DNA from: Pirellulales bacterium | GTDB lineage: Bacteria; Planctomycetota; Planctomycetia; Pirellulales; PNKZ01 | Direction: 5' to 3' | Length of the DNA: 30,934 bases | NCBI GenBank assembly: GCA_036509275.1 | Contig: DATCFX010000901.1 | Span: forward strand, 1-30,934 | In this document: one piece after another, positions 17,030-25,113 of the stretch | Position numbering within the stretch: the first letter of the stretch is position 1 | Layout: each line of letters opens with the position of its first letter | Program-made: the position numbers and the translations under genes | The notes under the pieces: model-generated | The model's input: only the letters and a program-made list of their open reading frames with translations | What the model was told of the DNA's origin: nothing | The model's database searches: none

Positions 17030-17403
17030 GATGGTCCTTTCCGGGGTCTGAGGGGTGTTGGCGATTCGGTTTGTTCACGCGCACGGTGCTCGGCGCGCCG
17101 CTTGATGCGGTCGAGTTGATGGGCCCAAAGCTGTTCGAAGCCCTTGACCCAGTCGTACACGGATTTCAGCTTCTCCGCTTCCAGGTTGTACACGCGTTGC
17201 TTACCGTGCTTGACCACCGCGACCACGCCGACCTTGCGCAGCACGCCCAGGTGCTTCGAGACTGCCGGCTGCGAAAGCCCCAGCGTTGCGACCAACGTTC
17301 CGACAGCCAGCGCGCCGCGCCGCGCCAGCAACTCGACAATCTGTCGTCGACGGGGCTCGGCGATGGCGTTGAACACGTCAGTGGTAGTCGGCGCACGCGG
17401 CAT
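17026..17403 (-). CDS. ArsR/SmtB-family transcriptional regulator
   Basis: VFNAIAEPRRRQIVELL, LSQPAVSKHLGVLRKVGVV and GKQRVYNL. Confidence 0.92.
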   Translation of the reverse strand: MPRAPTTTDVFNAIAEPRRRQIVELLARRGALAVGTLVATLGLSQPAVSKHLGVLRKVGVVAVVKHGKQRVYNLEAEKLKSVYDWVKGFEQLWAHQLDRIKRRAEHRAREQTESPTPLRPRKGPS

Positions 17404-17409
17404 GCTCCG

Positions 17410-17437
17410 ATTATATTCCTATATAGGAATATGTCAA
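17410..17437 (-). promoter_or_regulatory. Consensus sigma70 promoter with an overlapping 20 bp perfect palindrome (probable ArsR operator)
   Basis: Minus strand TTGACA (17437-17432), N16, TATAAT (17415-17410); palindrome ATATTCCTATATAGGAATAT at 17413-17432. Confidence 0.8.
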
Positions 17438-17496
17438 GCCGGCCGATTTGCCCGCGTCGTGGCAAGATTTTCGGGCGGCAAACGACGCCGGATAAA

Positions 17497-17616
17497 AAGC
17501 CGCGGATACGCGCAGATGGACGCGGATCGGACCGCTTTCGTGCGCCGGCCACACGGTCATCGCCAAGGCAAGTATCAAGAATCTTATCCGCGTGGATCCG
17601 CGGCTATCCGCGGCTT
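17497..17616. repeat. Inverted pair of short-period (~9-10 bp, CGCGGAT-type) arrays forming a stem-loop
   Basis: The left arm begins AAGCCGCGGATA and the right arm ends TATCCGCGGCTT (12 bp perfect match); each arm has three CGC(G/A)GAT-like units. Confidence 0.65.
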
Positions 17617-17676
17617 GCTTGCCCTGCACCGTCCTGCCGTTGGCCCCGGATTCTTGCCACAGAGTCGATAAATGCC

Positions 17677-18537
17677 CTAAGTCATCGCTACCAGCAGTTC
17701 CTCGGAATTGCTCGGCGGGCGAAGGCCGTCGGTCCTGCCCGCGAAGTAGCGCTGGGAGAGCGTGGCTGCCGACACGTGTTGGACTTCTCGAAAGCCGGCT
17801 TCGCGGGCCAGGGCCAGCATCTCGGTCGGCGTGAAAAAGCTGATGAACGGCGTCCCGCTGGCTCGCGCACCCTTCTCCGCGCGCTCCAGCCCGGGCCGCA
17901 CCTCGGGGTCGGCGAGTTCCAGCGGCAGCAGGAACGACATGGCGAGCGTGGATCCCGGGGCGAACGCCGCTACCTGGCGCAGCGTGGCCGCGATCGCGTC
18001 CTTGGTGAGGTACATGCTGACGCCGGTCGAGGCCACGACCGCCGGCCTGCCCGCATCGAAACCGGCTGCCGCCAGCCGCTGCCACCAGGCGTCGCCCGCC
18101 TCGAAATCGACCGCAACGAACCGCAGCCACTCCGGGATTCCGAAACCGAGTTCGATCAGCCGTCGCCGCTTCCAGGCCTGGGGGCCAGGTCGGTCGACCT
18201 CAAACACCAGCAGGCGGGAGGCGATCTCCGGCCGGCGCTGGGAGAAAGTGTCCAGGCCCGCTCCGAGAATGACGTACTGGCCAACACCGTGGCCGGCCCG
18301 CTCGACGACCAGATCTTCGATACAGCGGGCACGGGCCACGATAGCTGCTCGGAAGGGGCTCGTGCCCTGGGGGTCCATGTCAGGACGGCGACGCCAGCCT
18401 TCGTCGGGCGCCGCCAGCCGCAGGCCAATCTCGTCTTCGAGCACGTGCGGCGGCGGATCAACCTGGACATGCACGGCCCGCCACAAGGCGACCCTCACCG
18501 CGGTGCTGTCCGGTACCGCGATTTGCTGATCGTGCAT
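17677..18537 (-). CDS. Class I SAM-dependent methyltransferase, LCM/TIGR00027-like family
   Basis: TAVRVALWRA, IVARARCIED, QYVILGAGLDTF, FEVDRP, VAVDFE and TGVSMYL; GAGGA SD upstream of ATG 18537. Confidence 0.88.
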   Translation of the reverse strand: MHDQQIAVPDSTAVRVALWRAVHVQVDPPPHVLEDEIGLRLAAPDEGWRRRPDMDPQGTSPFRAAIVARARCIEDLVVERAGHGVGQYVILGAGLDTFSQRRPEIASRLLVFEVDRPGPQAWKRRRLIELGFGIPEWLRFVAVDFEAGDAWWQRLAAAGFDAGRPAVVASTGVSMYLTKDAIAATLRQVAAFAPGSTLAMSFLLPLELADPEVRPGLERAEKGARASGTPFISFFTPTEMLALAREAGFREVQHVSAATLSQRYFAGRTDGLRPPSNSEELLVAMT

Positions 18538-18793
18538 GGTGGTCCTCGCTCCTTTGGTCACTGTTCATGCGTCAGCCTGCAAAACGCGTTGCGACGGTTC
18601 ACGAAACGCGGCAAACCGCCGTCCCAAGTCTGCAACCTGGCCAGAAAAAGTTTAAGAGCCGTTGACGCGCGAGCCTGGCGCCGCGAACCTGCTCGTTCAC
18701 GGGCGAAGTCTCGCGCCCGCGTTATCAAGGCTGGCCCTGGCCGTTGGCCCTGTTGCCAGCATACGTGGAACACCAAACCTCTGGGAGCGAAGC

Positions 18794-19207
18794 ATGACCG
18801 ACGTCGTCCGCATTACCACGGCATCCCGCGGCCGCGCGATCGCCTATTGGGCCGCCACCGTGCTCGTGGTCTTCTCACTCGGGTCCGGCGGCGTCGCCGA
18901 CGTCCTGCGCATCCCGGCGGTCGTCGAAGGCATGACGCACCTGGGCTATCCGATCTACTTCTGCGTGATCCTCGGCGTCTGGAAGGTGCTGGGCGCGGTC
19001 GCGCTGCTCATTCCGCGCACGCCCCGGCTCAAGGAATGGGCCTACGCCGGCACGGTATTCGACCTGACCGGCGCCGCCGCATCGCACCTGGCGGTGGGTG
19101 ATGATGCTGGCAAGCTGGTGGCGCCGATCGTCTTGACCATTCTCGCGCTAGTATCCTGGGCCTTGCGTCCAGCCGCCCGCCGCTTGGCTGATACCCCGCA
19201 CGATTGA
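18794..19207 (+). CDS. DoxX-family membrane protein
   Basis: YWAAT, HLGYPIYF, ILGVWKVLG, RLKEWAYAG and GAAASHL; four hydrophobic segments. Confidence 0.88.
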   Translation: MTDVVRITTASRGRAIAYWAATVLVVFSLGSGGVADVLRIPAVVEGMTHLGYPIYFCVILGVWKVLGAVALLIPRTPRLKEWAYAGTVFDLTGAAASHLAVGDDAGKLVAPIVLTILALVSWALRPAARRLADTPHD

Positions 19208-19251
19208 GAAAACGAATGCGTCAACGGAAACGCGACCGTCTGCCGCATGAT

Positions 19252-19713
19252 TCACATCCCTGTGGGCCAGTGGCGGGTTAATTCGAGCGATTCGCCCGTT
19301 TCGAGCAAACTCTTGAGGCTGGCCAGGATCGACGGCCAGCCTTGGGAAACGCCGTCGATGAGCTTCGAGCCCGGCCGCTCCATTTCGTGAATGATCGTGA
19401 GCTTGACCGTGTCGCCTGCCGGTTCGAGTTCGTACGTCATCCGCGAAATGCCCTCGGCGTGCAACTCGGGCATGAATTGATTTTGCCACGACAAGACCAA
19501 CCGCCGCGGCGGATCGATTTCGAGCACCTCGCCGCTGTCGCCGACGCGTCCGTCGGGGATCATCAGCCGCCAACTCGCGCCCGGCTGCCAGGTGCAATCC
19601 TGCCAGGTCTCACACCAGTATTGACGCGTGAACTCCGGCTCGAGCAAAGCCCGCCACAGCTTTTCTTGCGTGGTGCGAATGTACGTCACGTACACGAATC
19701 GCGAATCAGCCAT
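19252..19713 (-). CDS. SRPBCC (AHSA1-like) domain protein
   Basis: FVYVTYIRTTQEKLWRAL, GEVLEIDPPRRLVLSW and GWPSILASLKSLLETG; GGAAGGAG SD upstream of ATG 19713. Confidence 0.9.
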   Translation of the reverse strand: MADSRFVYVTYIRTTQEKLWRALLEPEFTRQYWCETWQDCTWQPGASWRLMIPDGRVGDSGEVLEIDPPRRLVLSWQNQFMPELHAEGISRMTYELEPAGDTVKLTIIHEMERPGSKLIDGVSQGWPSILASLKSLLETGESLELTRHWPTGM

Positions 19714-19801
19714 CGCTGTCTCCTTCCAGTTTCTTCTTGAGATCTGCCAGTGCGCGCAGCCGGCCGCGCTCGAATTTGCCGATCCAGCGATCGGCAATCT
19801 G
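19706..19801 (-). pseudogene. Orphan C-terminal fragment of an ArsR-family regulator
   Basis: QIADRWIGKFERGRLRALADLKKKLEGDSDG-stop, with an ATGGCTGA overlap onto the SRPBCC start. This is the usual tail of ArsRs that precede this SRPBCC type; the HTH is absent. Confidence 0.75.
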
Positions 19802-19848
19802 GGTGGATCGTCCAACCTGGGCTGCCGCCGCGCGGTGTACGGCAGCGG

Positions 19849-22038
19849 TTAATCGGGAAGTGTCGAGCGGGTCAGAATGGCAGTCTCGGATCCCAAGCGG
19901 CCGCGGACAACCAGTTTGTCGAGGCTTTTCCGGCTGAGGTCGCTTGTCCCGACGATCGGAATCGTGGATTCCTTCATGGCTTTGACGAAGGCGACCAACT
20001 CGGCAAGGCTGACAAAGCCGTCGGGAGCCGCGATCATCGTCGACTGGACGCTGGTCCGACCGGGACCGAGCACGGCTCGAGGGGTCAGGGTGTCGGCGTG
20101 GCCGAGCAGCCCCTGAGCGACCAGGAAGGTGAGCAGGCCGCCTTTGAGCGCTGACCATTCCATCGCCTCGGCTTCCAGACCGATAAACACCCTGCCTTTG
20201 GGAAGGGAAACGTCCGTGGATTCGCGCGCGTCGTCGGCCGAGGCGCCCGGCACAAGCAGCGGGGCGGCCAGATTTTCGTACAGCAAATCCCAAGATTCGG
20301 GAAAGGCGTTGCACGCGTCGCTCACGATCAGGACATGCCCCCGGCACGATTCGACGATTTGGGCCAGCTCATCCATCGGAAGCAGGTCGAGTCGCTGCTC
20401 GCTATGCGGACCGTGCAAAACCCATGAGCCCCCGGCGTCAGTATTGTAAACATCCTCTAAGCCGCGATGCGGCAGGGCCGGCGAATCGCGCGATTTTTGT
20501 TCTCGGTGCTCCTTCATGGACGGTGGATTTCCCTTGACTCCCTGGCCCGCATACGTGATGAGCAGGACATCGGCCGGTTGGCAGGCACTGGCTGCCTCGC
20601 GGATCACCTTTCGCACTTGGGCACCAGTCGCCTGGTCATTGGTCACGATCGTCTGTGCTGCCCGCGATGTACCGTTGCGGACGGTATCGGCCAGCAGTCG
20701 GGCGTCAGAAACCGCATAAGCCAGATCGATTTCATGGCTCTCAGCGGAGCGATCGGCGAAGGCGTACTTATCGATCCCGATGTGAACCGCATGCACCCGG
20801 CAACGTTGATAGAGCCCTGCGGCCGCCAGCCGCGATTCCAGGCGCGGCAGCAGGGGCCTGGCGATATCGAGGAACTGCGGTTCGCTCAGATTGCCGCGTG
20901 CCCAGAGCGCCATGAGCAGCCGCACGTCGCGCGTCAGGCTGGGATCATTCTCCGGACCAAACCAGCGTGTGGCCGATTTTACGAGCTGCTCGCTGGCCGT
21001 GCCTTGCCGCTGCATGGCGTGCAGGCGTTGCAGCAGTTCCGCGCTGTCCAACTCGGCCACCGTGGGTGCATCCGCCGGACGGCTCCGAGCTGCGGTCGTG
21101 GCCAATGTAATGCGGCCGATGACGCCGCCTTCGGGCACGCGGAACTTGGGCGTCTGGAGCGGCGCGAGCTTATGATCGGTCACGTATTTCGTGACCCCCT
21201 GTAAGGTGAATTCGTACGCCTCGTCGGCGGTGATGACGCCGTCGCCGTCCTTGTCGGCCTTGCCATTGAGCGCCTCGACCAGGAAGTGCGTAAACAGGCC
21301 GTGTTTCAACTCGGTCCGTTCGTGGCTCACCTGCGTGTCGTTGCAAGAGTCCAGTTCCACCATGCCCTGGCCGAACACGAACTTCTCGCGCTTGAAGTTG
21401 TACGCCGGCGCCGTACTGTCTCCCTTCACCCCGCCGGCGTGGCAGGCGTCGAGAATCACGATTTTCTGCTGGGCCTTGCACCGCTGAAGGTATTCGTACA
21501 CGCGTTTCATGGGTACGCCCGTGTCGCTCAGCGCATCGTCGCTGACGTCGCTGCCGTCGATCGGGATCAGGTAAGTTCGGCCGGTCGCATCGCACGCCCC
21601 ATGACCGGAGAAGGCGAACAGCACCGCGTCGTCCGGCTCGACTTGGGTCAGGAGCGTATTGAGTTCCAAGAGGATGCTGCCGCGGGTCGGCTTGCGGCCC
21701 GCCGCCTCGGCATCGCACAGGAGCCGGACACGCTCGGGCGCATAGCCGCCGTGCTTGATCAGCGCATCGCCCAGGGCTGCCATGTCGTCGGCGCAGAAGC
21801 GCAGCTTGTGGATATTCTCATAGTTGTTCACGCCGATCAGCAGGGCCCAGCGGTTCTTGACGGCGGCTGAAGGTTCCGTGGCTTGCAGGTCGAGCCCTTT
21901 GGGTCCTTCGGCTTCGGCCGAGTCGGCCGGGGCGTGCGGCTTGCCGGGCAGCGGCTGTTCGGCCGCCGCGGGCATCAAGAGGGCGAAGACTGCCGGCAAC
22001 CACCACCGGGCCCAACGCGTGATGCGCAAGCGGCTCAT
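19849..22038 (-). CDS. Exported caspase-family (peptidase C14) protein with an N-terminal intact domain and a C-terminal degenerate caspase domain (729 aa)
   Basis: Signal peptide; WALLIGVNNY, FAFSGHG and LDACHAG in domain 1; AVHIGIDKY, ITYAGQG and VSDACN in domain 2; GAGGAG SD upstream of ATG 22038. Confidence 0.88.
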   Translation of the reverse strand: MSRLRITRWARWWLPAVFALLMPAAAEQPLPGKPHAPADSAEAEGPKGLDLQATEPSAAVKNRWALLIGVNNYENIHKLRFCADDMAALGDALIKHGGYAPERVRLLCDAEAAGRKPTRGSILLELNTLLTQVEPDDAVLFAFSGHGACDATGRTYLIPIDGSDVSDDALSDTGVPMKRVYEYLQRCKAQQKIVILDACHAGGVKGDSTAPAYNFKREKFVFGQGMVELDSCNDTQVSHERTELKHGLFTHFLVEALNGKADKDGDGVITADEAYEFTLQGVTKYVTDHKLAPLQTPKFRVPEGGVIGRITLATTAARSRPADAPTVAELDSAELLQRLHAMQRQGTASEQLVKSATRWFGPENDPSLTRDVRLLMALWARGNLSEPQFLDIARPLLPRLESRLAAAGLYQRCRVHAVHIGIDKYAFADRSAESHEIDLAYAVSDARLLADTVRNGTSRAAQTIVTNDQATGAQVRKVIREAASACQPADVLLITYAGQGVKGNPPSMKEHREQKSRDSPALPHRGLEDVYNTDAGGSWVLHGPHSEQRLDLLPMDELAQIVESCRGHVLIVSDACNAFPESWDLLYENLAAPLLVPGASADDARESTDVSLPKGRVFIGLEAEAMEWSALKGGLLTFLVAQGLLGHADTLTPRAVLGPGRTSVQSTMIAAPDGFVSLAELVAFVKAMKESTIPIVGTSDLSRKSLDKLVVRGRLGSETAILTRSTLPD

Positions 22039-22062
22039 GGCACACTCCTCGGCTGGCATTGC

Positions 22063-24333
22063 CTAATTCCCGGCTGCTGACAGTGTCCGCCAGGGAACGA
22101 TACGCAACTCGTATTGGCTCATTTCTTCGGCGCCCAAGCCTCGCAGCCCGGAGCCGGCTCCCGGCGCGGCATCGAACACGGCATAACTCATAAGACGGCC
22201 CAAGGGGGATTCGAGGACATTGTCGGCCGTGCCCCGCTGGGCGGTTTCCACGCCTTTGGCTTGTTCGATATCGGCCGAAGCCAGCGCGCGAAAATCCTTG
22301 GGGGGGCCTTTCGCGCGGGTGGCGATGACCACCAATTGTTCGTTGCCCAGCGGTTTGGCGGTTACGGGGAACGGACGCGTGGCGAAGCTTTTTTCGGGGA
22401 ACAAGCGATTGTTGGCCCCGATCGCATCCATGCGCGGAAACAAGGCCTGGATCTCGAAGTTGGCGTCGATGTAGAGCAGCGTAAAATCAATCGCATCCGT
22501 GTCGTGATTAGTGACCCGCCAGCCGACGAACTGGCCGGGATAAATCACCGGCGGGCGCGTTTGCAGGACGCTGCCCTCGCGGTCCCGCTTGTCGCGGTAG
22601 CGCACCATCTCGACCGTGAAATCCAAGCCTTCGGACTCGTCGCCCAAGTGGCTGCCGGAGGGCACGCACAGCTTCAACAGGTTTTCGGCCCGAAACAAAC
22701 GTTCCAGGCGAGCGACGCACGTGGCGGCTGCGTCGCCGGCCGGAAGCTCGAAGCGCGGGCTCTCGGCCGGCAGCGGCACGCCGGGCTCCGCCATGGCAAC
22801 CGCCTCGGGCACCAGCACCAGCCCGTCACGGTGCTGAATGACCCAGCGGGCATCGTCAAGTTGCGGGACCAAGCGAAAAACGGCCTTGGGCCGCGTGGCC
22901 CGTTCGGCCAACTCGGCCGCCAGTTTCTCCAGCGAACGGCGCGCGTCGGGGTCCAGCTCTGGCTGCTTCACATCGACGGCGACTGCCAGCCGCATCTCGC
23001 CGTAATCGAGATACGCCAGGGTTGCGTCACAGTTGCTCGGGAGTTGAGCGGGCGCCGGGTGCCGCTGATATTTGTCGGGAACGAATTTAGCAATCGACGA
23101 ATCGGGCCGAATCGGCACCACGACCGCATCCAGCGCACCGAGCTCGCGAACGCCGACGTAGCCGAGCGATCCTGCCGGTAGATCGTCGGTGGGCTCGCCG
23201 TCGGTGCCGGTCCGGCCGGGCGGATACACCGCCAGAACCGCGCCCGGCCGCAGTCCGTCCAAATCGCCGGCGTTCAGCTTCCACTGCGACGTTCCGTTGG
23301 CCTCGAGCAAATAGCGTCGCTCTGGCCGGTGGGTGTTGAGCACCGCATGGTCGAGGTCAACGCCATCGGCATAGGGCGTCGGCCCATAGCGTCCCCAGGC
23401 GCGATAACGCGCCCACACCGCGGCGGCCAGATCGTGGTACGACAGCTCGTCGTGGCCGGCCCCCTGGAGGATGCTGCACAACGTGTACGTGAACAGGCCG
23501 TAGGGTTCGCGGCGCGTCGCTGGCTCGTCGCCATACGGCATCGGCCGTTCGATTGCGTCTTCCGAAGATTGGCAGGCGTAAAACACGACCAGGCGCTTGA
23601 TCGGTTCCTGCACGTCGAAAGGTATCTCCGCCTTAGCGGCCGCCGGCTCCGCGGCCGTGTCATCCACGGACCGCCCAATGCCCAATGCTTTGGGCGGCAC
23701 GTGACGGCTTCGCTCCTGCGAATCGCCGCGGATGCCCTCGCCCGAGTGACAGCAGTCGAAGATCGCCCACAACGTCGCGCCGCGGTCGACGATCTGGCGG
23801 CACCACACGAACAACTCGTCGTCGACAATCGCACCTCGGACGGTCGGCTGCTGCGTGCCCAAGCGCTCGACATCGGCCGGCAAGAACGTCTCGTCCCAGC
23901 CATCGCGGTCGTCAGGATCTGGATGCGCCGGGTCGGGCACATTAAGCTGCTGGCTACCATGTCCGCTCAAGAGCACGACGATCTGGTCGCCCGGCCCGGC
24001 GACCTGGATCAGCCGCTCGAACTCGGCCGCGATATTGGCGCGCGTCGGGCGGCCGGCGGCGCTTGCACCCTCGGCCAAGGTGCGGATGGCGCCGGACGAA
24101 AATCCATAGCTGGTTTCCAGCACGCGCCGCATCAACACCACATCATTCGCCGGGCCTTCGAGTTGAAAAGACTCCGGCAAGCGCTCGTAGCGCGTGCAAC
24201 CAATCAGCAGCGCGCTTTTTTTGCCGGCCGCCAAACGCGTGGTCGGTTCGGCCGCCACCGCTTGTGCCAGCAACATGGCAAATCCCAAACATGGCGCGAG
24301 CACACAGCGACAATGGCCAAATCGCGTCGGCAT
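22063..24333 (-). CDS. Exported caspase-family (peptidase C14) protein with a C-terminal DUF4384-like domain (756 aa)
   Basis: Signal peptide; SALLIGCTRY, LEGPANDV, LLSGHGSQ, IFDCCHSG and GLFTYTL; C-terminal RVTN...FTLLYIDANFEIQALFP; GAGGT SD upstream of ATG 24333. Confidence 0.9.
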   Translation of the reverse strand: MPTRFGHCRCVLAPCLGFAMLLAQAVAAEPTTRLAAGKKSALLIGCTRYERLPESFQLEGPANDVVLMRRVLETSYGFSSGAIRTLAEGASAAGRPTRANIAAEFERLIQVAGPGDQIVVLLSGHGSQQLNVPDPAHPDPDDRDGWDETFLPADVERLGTQQPTVRGAIVDDELFVWCRQIVDRGATLWAIFDCCHSGEGIRGDSQERSRHVPPKALGIGRSVDDTAAEPAAAKAEIPFDVQEPIKRLVVFYACQSSEDAIERPMPYGDEPATRREPYGLFTYTLCSILQGAGHDELSYHDLAAAVWARYRAWGRYGPTPYADGVDLDHAVLNTHRPERRYLLEANGTSQWKLNAGDLDGLRPGAVLAVYPPGRTGTDGEPTDDLPAGSLGYVGVRELGALDAVVVPIRPDSSIAKFVPDKYQRHPAPAQLPSNCDATLAYLDYGEMRLAVAVDVKQPELDPDARRSLEKLAAELAERATRPKAVFRLVPQLDDARWVIQHRDGLVLVPEAVAMAEPGVPLPAESPRFELPAGDAAATCVARLERLFRAENLLKLCVPSGSHLGDESEGLDFTVEMVRYRDKRDREGSVLQTRPPVIYPGQFVGWRVTNHDTDAIDFTLLYIDANFEIQALFPRMDAIGANNRLFPEKSFATRPFPVTAKPLGNEQLVVIATRAKGPPKDFRALASADIEQAKGVETAQRGTADNVLESPLGRLMSYAVFDAAPGAGSGLRGLGAEEMSQYELRIVPWRTLSAAGN

Positions 24334-24574
24334 GCGAGCTACCTCGATTCCAGGTCGTTGGTTCGTTTTCAAGCGCCGCCGGGAGTTCACACCAGATCTA
24401 TCCAGCACAGCCGGTTTCGCTTAGCTATTGGACCCCAGGTCAGGAACCGTCGCAAGCAAATACCACATGACGAACCGACCCGGTATCAATCGAGGTTCGT
24501 GTCACAAATCCCCCGATAGACACGACCACGTCATTCGTGCCCCTAAACGTCCAACTGCGCGTTGCCTGTCGGCA

Positions 24575-24925
24575 TCAGCCTTTGGTGCGATAGCCGAGGC
24601 TGGCCAGCAGTCCGCGGACTTGGTCGAGATGCCGGCCCTGGATTTCGAGCAGATCGTCTTTGACGGTGCCCCCCGCGCCGCAGCTCGCCTTGAGACGCGT
24701 CAACAGGCTGGGCAGGTCGTTCTCACCTGCCGGCAAGCCGCGCACGACGGTCATCCACCGACCGCCGGGCCGCTTTTCCAGTGCGATGCGCGCCGTTTGC
24801 TGTTGCGGAGGCGTTCGCGCGGGGGCGGGAGCCGGTGGCGGCGGGCAGCGGCAGGCTTGTTCCAACTCGCCGCAGCGCTCGCACCGCGGAGGTCGATCCC
24901 AAGGCGTTCCCTCGAACAGCCGCAT
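24575..24925 (-). CDS. yciH: Translation initiation factor SUI1/eIF1 homologue
   Basis: EKRPGGRWMTVVRGL, LKASCGAGGTVKD and EIQGRH; N-terminal CxxC-x5-CxC. Confidence 0.9.
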   Translation of the reverse strand: MRLFEGTPWDRPPRCERCGELEQACRCPPPPAPAPARTPPQQQTARIALEKRPGGRWMTVVRGLPAGENDLPSLLTRLKASCGAGGTVKDDLLEIQGRHLDQVRGLLASLGYRTKG

Positions 24926-25113
24926 TGCCGCCTATCTCAACCTGGCCAGGTTTTTAGTGCAACACGATCGAGCGCGGTGGCCAGAGGCCTGCCAAACTTC
25001 GCCGCCAGCGGCCACAATCTAGCTTGCCCTGCCGGTGTAATCAATTATTTTTGGTGCGTTGCCGATTGTTTGCACGCGGCGATTACGCGACTTGCACCCT
25101 CTTTCCAGAAGCC

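Noticed and set aside
17071-19101. Long alternative ORFs (e.g. 17071-19101+, 323-1159+, 7445-8563+, 12578-14041-, 22114-23181+, 23329-24519+, 25942-27081+)
   Set aside because: They are antisense or off-frame shadows of genes with clear family motifs, have Arg/Ala/Pro-rich composition and are expected in high-GC DNA.
18586-24460. Shared 12-mer TTGCGACGGTTC upstream of the methyltransferase/DoxX pair and upstream of the caspase operon
   Set aside because: Many 12 bp matches are expected by chance in 31 kb of GC-rich DNA, and the orientations relative to the genes are inconsistent.
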